Positions 7,814 to 16,322 of a stretch of DNA of 32,000 nt are shown piece by piece. This DNA is from Telmatocola sphagniphila (lineage in GTDB: Bacteria > Planctomycetota > Planctomycetia > Gemmatales > Gemmataceae): positions 6,000,001-6,032,000 of the forward strand of contig NZ_CP074694.1 in the NCBI RefSeq assembly GCF_018398935.1, in the 5' to 3' direction. The translations under genes were made by a program, and so were the position numbers. Positions within the stretch are counted from its first letter, which is position 1. Each line of letters begins with the position of its first letter. The notes beneath the pieces are model-generated. The model was given only the letters and a program-made list of their open reading frames with translations. It ran no database searches and had not been told where the DNA came from.

Positions 7814-10351
7814 TTACACGGCGATTGCATTTTTGGCCCGTTTGGAGCGGTTTCGGCGGACCCACACCAGGGAGCCGATTCCCGCCACCGCCAGAATCGA
7901 GGTCGGTTCCGGCAGCGGAACGAATTCCAGTAAGATCTCCGTCTGGGTCGAATCCAACGACAGGTAGAAATTGCCGCCGCCCAGGTTGTTCTGGAATCCG
8001 GTCGTGTCGATCTTGAACAGATTGTTGTTGAAAGCCGAGATACCACCTCCGAAGTCGGCGATCACCCAGGTACGAACCTGGGTGTTATCGAAGCCCGAGA
8101 TGGCCCCAGCCGTATTCGTAGCAGTCAAGCTGTTCACTTTAATGGTGATGGAATTCGTACCCGCTCCGTTGAATGTGAGCGAAGAACTCCCCGTTATCCC
8201 CGCCAGCTGATTGTAGTTAGTACCGGCTACGGGAGTGGAAGTCCAGGAGTTGATTCCCACGACAAAAGTCCCCCCGTTGATCAGGGAATTGGCAGCCGAC
8301 AAGATACCCAGAGTGGAATCGGGTTTGATAGTCCCCGTGGAGGACAAGGCAAATCCTGTGGGGAGCGATCCCGAACCTATCAGAGTACCGTTGGAGTTGA
8401 TGGCGACTTGACCGACACTGCTTACGGAAGAACCGGCCCCTACTGTCAACGTCCCGTTCACCAGTAAGCTGGAGCCGGTGGTGTAACTTGCACCACCGGT
8501 TACCTGAAGACTCCCAGAAACCTTCGACAGGTTAGAGATCGCGGCGAAGGTGGCGGAACTGCCCGAAAGGATAACCGTGGTGTTGCTCGCGATAGTGCCG
8601 ATCTGTCGAGTGCCAAAATCGAGCGTCGCGTTGTTCACCTGCCAGGTACCATTTACGAGGAAATTCGTGGCAGAGTTGAAGTTCGAGAGATTCGCCGAGT
8701 TATCGATCGAAAGCGTTCCTCCCGTCACGGACACGGTTCCGGCGTTAGTGAACGTCATGTTCGCGGGTACAATCAGGTTCGACGATGGGACATTAACCGT
8801 TAAGGTGCCCCCGCTGGCGATATTCAGGGCTCCGGTCGTACCGGCGTAGCCGGAGAGCGAAGTGCCCGTCGTAAAAATGGTCTGGCCGGCGATCGTCAGA
8901 ATTCCCTGCGAGCTAATGGCTATCGAACCGCTGTTAGTCGACGACGCACTAAGAGTGAAATTCGCGTTCTTAATCGTTAGAGACCCGGCGTTCGTGAAGG
9001 TCATGCCGGTGGGGGCGGTAATGGTGTTTCCACTCGCATCGACGATCAGACTACTCAACGTGTTCACGGCCAGAGTGCCGGTACCGGTCAGGGTCGTTCC
9101 CGTGGAGAACGTCGTGGTGCCCCCGATGTTGATCGTGCCACCGCTTTGAATGTTGAGAGTGCCGGTGTTGGTGGCGACGGAGTTGATTGTCAGAGACCCG
9201 CTTGAAATTAATATTGTCCCGCTGTTGGTGAACGTTAGAGCCGCGTCGAGCGAGGAGTTCCCAGTGCCACCTGATTTCGAGAATAGGCCAGCGTTCGTGA
9301 AGGTCGGCGAGCCACTCGTCACGACGATCGAGGAATTGTCGTTCAACTGAAGCGTTCCCGCGCCGCTGATGGATAGGGATCCATTATCCGTAAAATTGAT
9401 ATTCCCATTGGACCAGTTGAAGATCCCGTTATTGAGCAGCACATTGCCGGTCGAGATATTTCGGCTATAGGCGGAACTCCAAGTCCCGCCGCCGTTGGCT
9501 TTGATGGTCACTGACCCATCGATGGAAGCTTGCGAGTTGTTCCAGTTGAAGGCACCGTTAACCGTGAGGATCGCGGTTCCCGCAACGCTGGAAGGGACGG
9601 CGGAAGTCGGTGCGATCAAACTGAGATTCGCGGCCGAACTCACGTTGGCATTGACGCTGATGAGTCCGGAGTCCATGGAGATTGTCCCCAGATTATTCTG
9701 GGAATTGATAATGGCTCCTGAGTTCAGATTGAGCGTCCCGCCATTGATGTACAGGTTTCCGCTCGTCGTTCCGAAGTCCATCTTGGCGCCGAGGTTAATG
9801 ATGCCGGGGCTTTGCAAAGTTTGGGTTCCAGATCCCATGGTGAGACTGCCCTGAATTCCAATAGTCAGAGTCGTCTGCAGGATACCGCTGGACCAGGACA
9901 TTGTCCCGAAGTTGGAAACCGTGATGGACGAGCCACTTCCCGCGATGGTACCGCCGTTGAAGGACAGTGCTCCCATGGTCTGAAACGTGGCTGCTCCGCC
10001 GAGATTCAGCGTGCCGCTGGTTTGGTTAAAGGTTCCCGCCGAAACCGTCAGGGTACCGACGCCGAACCCTGAGGTGGAACCGGCGTTACTGAGCACCGTG
10101 GCCTGACTGTTGGAAATGGTCAAACTGTTCGCCGACTGGAACGAACTAATGGTCACGGTGTAAGGCGTTGTGGTTCCCACGCTCACAATGACATCGTTCG
10201 AGGAATTCGGCACCCCTGCGGGAGTCCAATTGCTGGAATTCCAGTCGCCGCTGACGGCCGTGCCCCAAGAGTACGTTTGAGCCCTCAGGGAGCCGCTGGC
10301 AACAAAAGCTAGGGAGAGGGTTAGGGCAAATCTGCACAAGTAACGTATCAT
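7814..10351 (-). CDS. PEP-CTERM-anchored secreted protein with autotransporter-associated beta-strand repeats (beta-helix-like)
   Basis: Signal peptide MIRYLCRFALTLSLAFVASGSLRAQ. Start motif TYSWG..GDWNSSNWTP. The body is 845 aa, rich in S/T/G/N, with a repetitive GTL/GSL pattern. C-terminus: VPLPEPTSILAVAGIGSLVWVRRNRSKR (PEP motif, TM helix, basic cluster). Confidence 0.92.
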   Translation of the reverse strand: MIRYLCRFALTLSLAFVASGSLRAQTYSWGTAVSGDWNSSNWTPAGVPNSSNDVIVSVGTTTPYTVTISSFQSANSLTISNSQATVLSNAGSTSGFGVGTLTVSAGTFNQTSGTLNLGGAATFQTMGALSFNGGTIAGSGSSITVSNFGTMSWSSGILQTTLTIGIQGSLTMGSGTQTLQSPGIINLGAKMDFGTTSGNLYINGGTLNLNSGAIINSQNNLGTISMDSGLISVNANVSSAANLSLIAPTSAVPSSVAGTAILTVNGAFNWNNSQASIDGSVTIKANGGGTWSSAYSRNISTGNVLLNNGIFNWSNGNINFTDNGSLSISGAGTLQLNDNSSIVVTSGSPTFTNAGLFSKSGGTGNSSLDAALTFTNSGTILISSGSLTINSVATNTGTLNIQSGGTINIGGTTTFSTGTTLTGTGTLAVNTLSSLIVDASGNTITAPTGMTFTNAGSLTIKNANFTLSASSTNSGSIAISSQGILTIAGQTIFTTGTSLSGYAGTTGALNIASGGTLTVNVPSSNLIVPANMTFTNAGTVSVTGGTLSIDNSANLSNFNSATNFLVNGTWQVNNATLDFGTRQIGTIASNTTVILSGSSATFAAISNLSKVSGSLQVTGGASYTTGSSLLVNGTLTVGAGSSVSSVGQVAINSNGTLIGSGSLPTGFALSSTGTIKPDSTLGILSAANSLINGGTFVVGINSWTSTPVAGTNYNQLAGITGSSSLTFNGAGTNSITIKVNSLTATNTAGAISGFDNTQVRTWVIADFGGGISAFNNNLFKIDTTGFQNNLGGGNFYLSLDSTQTEILLEFVPLPEPTSILAVAGIGSLVWVRRNRSKRAKNAIAV

Positions 10352-10602
10352 TCCAAACCTGTGGGAAAAAACGATTAAGCAGAATAAGTAAGGTAGACCG
10401 CGTCAGTCTACGTAACGATTTTGCCTTCTTCTAGTTATTTGCAAGCCGATTATTGAATTTTCGAAGAAGCACGCAGTTATAATCCGTACGGCCCGAACAG
10501 GCATATTCGGCGATATCACTACAGATGACGAAAGCGGTAGACCCAACGCTTCCGAAATAATCCCCATAAACCAAAATTTATCTTCAAAGCAGAGCCCGAG
10601 TA

Positions 10603-11364
10603 TCACTCCTTGAGGTCTAAAATCACCAAATCGTTGGTCGGTCGGCCGTCCTTGCGAAAGCCGGTCGCGTTCATCAGTAACTTTTTGTCCACGACGTAGC
10701 CTTGAAAATCCGAAGCCCGGAAAGTGCCCTGCACGGCCTCCGTAGTGTGAAATTCCAGCCGGTTACCGATCAGGTTGCCGGTGAATTTCATCGAGCCGGC
10801 GCGGGTCTGAGTTATCACGCCGCGTAATTCGCCCTCGGCCCGTTCGAACTGCACCGTAATGTGGGCCGTGACGTTGCCCTCCTTGCGAACGCCGACCCAC
10901 TTGGAATCTTTCTCCAGATGCTTGCGACCGGGGATCTGTTCGTCGAACTGCTTTTTCTCCTGGACCAGTTGTTTGGCCAGCTCCAGCTTCTTTTCGCCCA
11001 GCGCCTGAGCCATGCGGCGGTCGTAGAGTTTCATCACCGGTTGCTGAGCCTTGTGAACCTTTTCCGCATAGTTGTAAAGGGCCTGCAGGTACTCCTCGGA
11101 GCGCGGCAGCGTACCTTCTTTTTCGAAGCATTCCCGCTCGCGGCCGAGCCGATCGAGGATGGCAACTTTCTCGGAGGGTTTCAAACCTCGGGTGTTTTCC
11201 ACTCGATTTATTTCCGCTTTCATTGCCTGATAAAAGCTGCGTGCGGCGGCCTCCAGTGCTGTCGAATACTTCTCCTTGGCCTCGGTCAATTCCGTAGTGC
11301 TCGGCCCCTGGGCTCGCAGGCTGCCCACGGCAAAAAAGATTAACGTGATCGTCCATTTCTGCAT
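10603..11364 (-). CDS. Hypothetical secreted protein, coiled-coil N-terminal half
   Basis: Signal peptide MQKWTITLIFFAVGSLRAQ from ATG 11364 (the track start at 11448 adds 28 aa). I recognised no family motif. Confidence 0.65.
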   Translation of the reverse strand: MQKWTITLIFFAVGSLRAQGPSTTELTEAKEKYSTALEAAARSFYQAMKAEINRVENTRGLKPSEKVAILDRLGRERECFEKEGTLPRSEEYLQALYNYAEKVHKAQQPVMKLYDRRMAQALGEKKLELAKQLVQEKKQFDEQIPGRKHLEKDSKWVGVRKEGNVTAHITVQFERAEGELRGVITQTRAGSMKFTGNLIGNRLEFHTTEAVQGTFRASDFQGYVVDKKLLMNATGFRKDGRPTNDLVILDLKE

Positions 11365-11712
11365 GCGGGCGAACTCCGATTCGAGAGCAAGCAATCGGGG
11401 AGGAACAGGAGGTAGATCCGGGGACCATGCTCGCAGACGAAAATGCACAAGTCAACAAAAAATAAAATTTGTTTTAGGAATATCGCTGTTCCCGCGAACT
11501 CTGGCAATTTTGAGGAGTTCTGCAGCGGCGGCTGAGCCGGAAAATAGCCGTTCAGGAATTTACTTAGGGGCCTTCGCGCGGGTACCCTTGGAGATTAGAG
11601 CGTTATCGAGGTATACTTAAATTCGCGAAATGAGCTTGTTGGAATACTCTCTTAATTTTTCAGCAGGGCAGATCGGTTCCAATAAAAGTATTCCGAGTTC
11701 GAAAAACGATTC

Positions 11713-12570
11713 ATGCAAATATCCAAAATCCTCAGCCGCCGACGCTTTCTGGGTGCCTCCGTCACAACGCTGGCCGGGCTGGGAATCTATGGCTGGCAAG
11801 TCGAGCCGCACTGGGTGAAAATCGTCGAGCATCCCCTTCCCTTGAAGGATGCCCCAGGTAGCTGGATCGGTCGGCGGATCGTACAGATCTCCGATCCGCA
11901 TGTGGGGGCTCTGGTCGATTCCGATTATCTGATCTCCGCACTGAAAAAAGTCAACGAGCTGAAGCCGGATCTGGTCCTGGTCACCGGCGACTGGATGAGC
12001 TGCTGGAATCGGGATGTTCCAGTCCCTGAAGTAGCACGGGTATTCGCTCACCTCGATAAGCCGCCGTTGGGAATCGTGGGAATCCTGGGTAACCACGATT
12101 ACGGCGGGGAAAATCGGAACGACGTCCGACTGGCCGACCGACTTTCCGATCAGTTAGCGGCGGACGGAGTTACGGTACTCCGGAATCAGGCGAAAGAAAT
12201 TGATGGGGTGACATTCATCGGTTTGGATGAGTATTGGGCGCACCGCTTCGATACCAAACCGGTGGCCGATCATTTGGGGAAGCCAGGACCCAAGCTGGCA
12301 TTGGTCCACAACCCGGATACCTGCGATTTGCCGCAATGGTACGGATACGACGGCTGGATTTTCTGCGGTCACACGCACGGTGGACAATGCAAATCGCCGT
12401 TTCTGCCCCCGTTTATTCTGCCGGTCCAGAATCACCGCTACACGGCGGGAATCTTCGACCTCTATGATGGCCGGACGCTTCACATCAATCCCGGTTTGGG
12501 CTACGTTCGAAAAATCCGATTCAACGTCCGGCCGGAGATCAGCATTTTCACTGTGCAAGCCGCAACGTGA
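11713..12570 (+). CDS. Tat-signal metallophosphoesterase (calcineurin-like phosphoesterase)
   Basis: Twin-arginine motif SRRRFLGAS. Metallophosphoesterase motifs: ISDPHVG, TGDW, GNHDYG, GHTHGG. Confidence 0.9.
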   Translation: MQISKILSRRRFLGASVTTLAGLGIYGWQVEPHWVKIVEHPLPLKDAPGSWIGRRIVQISDPHVGALVDSDYLISALKKVNELKPDLVLVTGDWMSCWNRDVPVPEVARVFAHLDKPPLGIVGILGNHDYGGENRNDVRLADRLSDQLAADGVTVLRNQAKEIDGVTFIGLDEYWAHRFDTKPVADHLGKPGPKLALVHNPDTCDLPQWYGYDGWIFCGHTHGGQCKSPFLPPFILPVQNHRYTAGIFDLYDGRTLHINPGLGYVRKIRFNVRPEISIFTVQAAT

Positions 12571-12585
12571 AAATGACATCAGGGT

Positions 12586-15204
12586 TCAGCAGACCGTGGC
12601 ACTGACCACTTTACGCTTGCGCCGCCACACGAGGATTCCCACCAGGGCACACCCCATCAGGAGCACGTGGGCCGGTTCCGGCACCGGGATGAACGCCACC
12701 TGCAAAGCATCGCTGGAAGCGTGGATGTACTGAACCAGCGGTGTCCCGGCGTATTGGCCGGTGATATTGAACAGGCTGGTGACATCCCCGGCTGTCAATC
12801 CCGTGATGCTGGAGTACTGGGCGAACGTGTAAACCTGCGTGGTGCCATTACTGGAACCGGTCGTGAAGGCGTTAATCTGCAGATTCAATTTATTGGAAGT
12901 GCTGATTCCAGTGAGATCCAGCACGGCGCCCGTGCTACCGACGATCACGTTATTATCCACACCCGGATTGGGATTGGTCGCACCGTTGTTGTAATTGAGA
13001 ACAAAGGTGCTGCCGCCCGCCATCACCACATTTCCCGTGGTCAATTTCCCGGTAGTTGAAGGGGCCAGGGTGCCGCCCCTCTGTAGGGTCAGGGCGGAAC
13101 TGACCGTGCCGGTACCGGATAACGTTCCGCCCGATGTAACGACCGTATTGCCCGTGCCGTTGATTGCACTACTGACGGTGTAATTGCCACTGATTTGCAG
13201 GGTGGCGCCACTGCTGACAATCGCTTTGCCGGTGCCGGTATAGCTGCCGCTGACGACCAATGTTCCCTGATTGATGAGGGTGTTGCCGGAGTAAGAGTTG
13301 GCGGCCGAAAGATTGAGCGTGCCCGACCCGGTTTTCAGCAGGTCGGCATTACTGGCCCCGGTAATCGCACCGGCCAGGACCGTACTATCGCCGCCCGCTC
13401 CGCCGATGACCCGAATTTCGCGCAATTGGTACGGGATGGCGGAGCCATTATCGAGTTGGATCGGGTTGAGAAAAGTTAAGACGGCATTCGATTTGGTGGA
13501 ACCGAAAATCAGGGCGTAGCCGTCGCCAACGAAGTTGGTGGAATTCCATTGGAGAGTGGAGGGAGTTGCGTTCCCACCAATGTTCACGGAAGCGTTGCTG
13601 CCGAAGGCCGAGAATCCGCCACTGCCGACTTCATTCGTCGTACCCGCCCCCCAGGTGACGTTGCCAGCCGCCGCCCCAAGTCCGCGAGTGAAGTCTGCCG
13701 AACTTCCGGTGCCATTGGAGCCGTTTTGAATCTCGAGAACTCCACCAGTCAGCGAGATTACGCCGTTACCCGAAGATGTGAAGCCGACTTGGGCATTATT
13801 CGCTCGGACCGTGCCGCCGGCGATGACGAAACGGTTGGTGGTAGTCAGAGTATTTTGGCTGGTCGAGCCGGAGAGAACTACGAAGCCCGGTCCGCCGAAG
13901 GAAGTCGGATTCCCCGCATTGGCGACCTGCAGACCACTGATGGTCAATGTCGTGTTGGGGTTGTTGACATAGATGTAACGGGTTCCGGATCCGCCGAACA
14001 AAGCCGTGGAATTTGCGGAAATCGCGTAATCGGTTGCCCCATCGAGCATCAGGGCGTTGGTGGCGAGGTTGGAAGCGCCTAGCGTGAGTGTGAGTCCCGC
14101 GGCGGCTGGGGTGATACGCAGCGAGCCATTGGTAATCGTCGCGCTGGGGTTGCTACCGGTGCCATCGGGATTGAACTGCACGCGATCGGTCGCGGCATAG
14201 GTCTGCAATTTACTGGGATCGCTGGCAGTCTGCGTCGGAGTGGCGCGAACAATGCCATTCGTTGCATTCCAGGTGGCAAAGTCAGTACCGCCTGCATCCG
14301 TGACGATGGCATAGCCGAAGGTGCCACCGCCCGAAGTGTTCGAGAGAAGGCCGTTGGCTCCCAGGAAGGGGGTACCTGCGAAGGTGATGCGTGCCCCATT
14401 AACATCGCCCAGGTTTCCCGTGGTGGCGATAAATTCGTAAATCCCGCGCGTTCCCGGTCTCGTGGTGAAGCCCGCTGCCGAATTCGCGAAGACGAGCGTG
14501 GTCGCTGCTCCATTCGGGGTGACTTTGAAACTGTTGACGCCGCCGATCGTGTTCGCACCGGCCGAGAGGGAGCCCACGTTGAAGGTGGTTCCCGAGGAGT
14601 TCCCGATCAACTCAAAAGTCCCGCCGCCTGTGACCGTCACCAGATTACTCGTCGCGGAACCGAAGCGAGCGATATTATTCACCGAATTGTCGACTTGCAG
14701 ATAGCCGCCACCGACCACGATATTCCCCAAGTTGGTAGTGGCGGTGGAAGTTCCTTTGAAAACCAGCGTGCTGCTGGTGTAAACGTTCAGATTGAGAAGC
14801 GAGGTAGCGCTGGATCCGGAGAGGGCGGGGCCGTTGAGATTGTAAGTCGCCGGGCCGTAGGTGGAGATTCCCGTCGATGCCGTCCCCCCGACGGTAAGCG
14901 TGCCGCTACCGGAGAAGTTCCAGCCGCCCAGGTTTTGATTCGGGGCGAAAGTGACGGAAAGTACGGCTGTGGCCGAGTTCAACTGAGGATCGGATACTGT
15001 GGAACCATAGCTGGAAGAGTTGATGGAGAAAAGAGCCAGATCTGCGGTCGAGGGGGGCCCGCCGGCCGGGCTCCAACTCGTTCCGCTGGTCCAATCGGTG
15101 CCCAGATTGTTCCAGGTGTAGGTGGCTGCCTGGGTCGATTGGGATAATCCCAAAAGAATGGCGAGGGAGGCTAACGATCGCTTTCGGGATAATTCGAATT
15201 TCAT
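12586..15204 (-). CDS. PEP-CTERM-anchored secreted protein with autotransporter-associated beta-strand repeats
   Basis: Signal peptide ...LAILLGLSQSTQAATYTWNN. PATR-type unit LLKTGSGTLNLSAANSYSGNTLINQGTLVVSG. C-terminus: IPVPEPAHVLLMGCALVGILVWRRKRK. Confidence 0.92.
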   Translation of the reverse strand: MKFELSRKRSLASLAILLGLSQSTQAATYTWNNLGTDWTSGTSWSPAGGPPSTADLALFSINSSSYGSTVSDPQLNSATAVLSVTFAPNQNLGGWNFSGSGTLTVGGTASTGISTYGPATYNLNGPALSGSSATSLLNLNVYTSSTLVFKGTSTATTNLGNIVVGGGYLQVDNSVNNIARFGSATSNLVTVTGGGTFELIGNSSGTTFNVGSLSAGANTIGGVNSFKVTPNGAATTLVFANSAAGFTTRPGTRGIYEFIATTGNLGDVNGARITFAGTPFLGANGLLSNTSGGGTFGYAIVTDAGGTDFATWNATNGIVRATPTQTASDPSKLQTYAATDRVQFNPDGTGSNPSATITNGSLRITPAAAGLTLTLGASNLATNALMLDGATDYAISANSTALFGGSGTRYIYVNNPNTTLTISGLQVANAGNPTSFGGPGFVVLSGSTSQNTLTTTNRFVIAGGTVRANNAQVGFTSSGNGVISLTGGVLEIQNGSNGTGSSADFTRGLGAAAGNVTWGAGTTNEVGSGGFSAFGSNASVNIGGNATPSTLQWNSTNFVGDGYALIFGSTKSNAVLTFLNPIQLDNGSAIPYQLREIRVIGGAGGDSTVLAGAITGASNADLLKTGSGTLNLSAANSYSGNTLINQGTLVVSGSYTGTGKAIVSSGATLQISGNYTVSSAINGTGNTVVTSGGTLSGTGTVSSALTLQRGGTLAPSTTGKLTTGNVVMAGGSTFVLNYNNGATNPNPGVDNNVIVGSTGAVLDLTGISTSNKLNLQINAFTTGSSNGTTQVYTFAQYSSITGLTAGDVTSLFNITGQYAGTPLVQYIHASSDALQVAFIPVPEPAHVLLMGCALVGILVWRRKRKVVSATVC

Positions 15205-15363
15205 GTAGCTCAGTCCAAGTAGGATTAAACCGTCAGGTCCTTAAAGGTAAATTTAAGTTAGCGGTAATCAGGATTGACCGAGTGAAGACTGGATGAATTT
15301 TAAGTTAAGCTTACTTTTGGTTGTGTTGCTTTTGGCGCGTCGCACAACAGCTACAAAAGAGAA

Positions 15364-15385
15364 CCACCCGCCTTTTGGCGGGTGG
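15364..15385 (-). terminator. GC-rich hairpin with a T-tract (intrinsic-terminator-like) inside the upstream region of the PEP-CTERM gene
   Basis: CCACCCGCC / TTTT / GGCGGGTGG, a perfect 9-bp stem. On the minus strand it is followed by TTCTCTTTTG. It lies 160 nt upstream of the start codon at 15204. Confidence 0.5.
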
Positions 15386-15440
15386 TAAGGGGTAATTGGT
15401 GTGATGTTCGACCTGAGGGATAGAAAGGAGACTCGATCGA

Positions 15441-15571
15441 CCGTCGGGGGGGATGACGGGGGATTTCGCCGGGGGGAGGCTTGATCCCAGGGATCGGTCT
15501 TTTCCCGAAAACCATCACTTTATAGGGGGGAGTGATAACTTTCGGTGTCTAACATTCGGGGGGGAGTGTTA
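15441..15571. other. Array of four stem-loops whose loops are G6-G7 runs (C6-C7 on the minus strand)
   Basis: A: CCGTC (15441-45) / GACGG (15455-59), loop GGGGGGGAT. B: GGGATT (15460-65) / GATCCC (15483-88), with inner GCC/GGC and loop GGGGGGA. C: ATCACT (15514-19) / AGTGAT (15531-36), loop TTATAGGGGGG. D: TAACATT (15550-56) / AGTGTTA (15565-71), one G-U pair, loop CGGGGGGG. Confidence 0.6.
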
Positions 15572-15587
15572 TGACGAAAGAATACAT

Positions 15588-15603
15588 AGCAGGGCTCGTG
15601 CCA
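15588..15603 (-). promoter_or_regulatory. Candidate sigma-54 (-24/-12) promoter
   Basis: The minus strand reads TGGCACGAGCCCTGCT against the consensus TGGCACG-N4-TTGCW. The -24 hexamer is perfect and GG/GC spacing is exact. It is intergenic, about 385 nt upstream of the PEP-CTERM CDS. Confidence 0.45.
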
Positions 15604-15735
15604 AAGCCCGGAGAAATTTTGGTTCTGAATTGTAAGTGTAGATAGAGAAAGGGTTTGCAGTGCGTTGGCTTGCTCGGATTTTAATAACTGAATGCGGCTT
15701 TTGAAAAATCTACATCCCTTTCAGGCTTGTAACAA

Positions 15736-15750
15736 TTGCAATTATTGCAA
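15736..15750. promoter_or_regulatory. 15-bp perfect palindrome TTGCAAT-T-ATTGCAA (possible operator)
   Basis: Read directly. It is intergenic and AT-rich. A 6-bp hairpin (GGACTC/GAGTCC, 15762-15782) and a CGGGACTC direct repeat (15760-67, 15791-98) follow it. Confidence 0.3.
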
Positions 15751-15869
15751 AGCTTACTCCGGGACTCAATGCGAAGGAGTCCTAAATGATCGGGACTCCC
15801 CGTTGAAAAGCTGAATCGCAAACTTGGGGGAAATAGACAGTTTGGGAAATTGAATGTACAGTGGGCCAA

Positions 15870-16322
15870 TCAACCCATCAGGGAGCCCGGGGTGTATTGA
15901 CGCTCTCCCGCCAAGGGGGCGGCCAGTCCCAACTGACGGAGAACACGAGTATTTTCGAACTCGAGACCGACGAGATGGCCAATATCGAGAACCAGCAAGG
16001 ATTCCTGAAGCGATTCTTCGCCAGTCGTTTGCTTGTGGCGGGATCGTTGGATCACCAGAAGCGCTCGCTGATCGGGGAGCAGACAGATAGCGTCCGCACT
16101 AACTCGCCCGCTGGTGATCCGCGGTGCGTAAACTTTGTTGCCACCACCCATAATGTGGTCCGGGCCGGGCGTTTTGACAGAGGCATCTGCAGCGACAATT
16201 GCAATACAGGGGCCATGCCACGATTGGCTTTCGCCGAAGATTTTGATGAGAAGTCCCAGGTCCATGATGCGAACTCGGAGAAAGGGTCGATACCGGTACA
16301 GTTCAGTTCTCAACTGTAACAT
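15870..16322 (-). CDS. Hypothetical protein (150 aa); strand assignment uncertain
   Basis: Two fully overlapping antisense ORFs: 15870-16322 (-) and 15861-16319 (+). By hand count, GC3 is about 59% for minus and 65% for plus, so it is not decisive. The minus product has a more protein-like hydrophobic pattern. No motif was recognised on either strand. Confidence 0.3.
   Translation of the reverse strand: MLQLRTELYRYRPFLRVRIMDLGLLIKIFGESQSWHGPCIAIVAADASVKTPGPDHIMGGGNKVYAPRITSGRVSADAICLLPDQRALLVIQRSRHKQTTGEESLQESLLVLDIGHLVGLEFENTRVLRQLGLAAPLAGERQYTPGSLMG

Larger units (their letters stand above)
15355..15577 (-). ncRNA. Candidate structured RNA or leader: four C-loop hairpins plus a terminator, downstream of a sigma-54 motif
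   Basis: Bounded by the predicted start about 12 nt downstream of the -12 GC (15589-15590) and by the U-tract after the hairpin at 15364-15385. Structure is inferred by eye only. The transcribed strand is not established. Confidence 0.3.

Noticed and set aside
10589-10606. Second sigma-54-like motif resembling the one at 15588-15603 (minus strand TGATAC-N7-CTGCT)
   Set aside because: The GG dinucleotide is lost (GA) and the spacer is 2 nt too long. It also overlaps the 3' end of the 10603-11364 CDS.
10403-10606. 67-aa ORF in the gap upstream of the first PEP-CTERM gene, and the 84-aa ORF at 16356-16610
   Set aside because: Low-GC intergenic sequence with no motifs or start signals; likely spurious.
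11427-11455. Minus-strand TTGACT-N17-GAGCAT as promoter of the 10603-11364 gene
   Set aside because: The -10 hexamer matches TATAAT at only 3 of 6 positions, which is too weak to report as a feature.
15453-15869. Small ORFs 15453-15635 (+, 60 aa) and 15681-15869 (-, 62 aa) in the non-coding island
   Set aside because: No ribosome-binding site, and odd composition. They run through the hairpin array and palindromes, so an RNA or regulatory role explains the sequence better.
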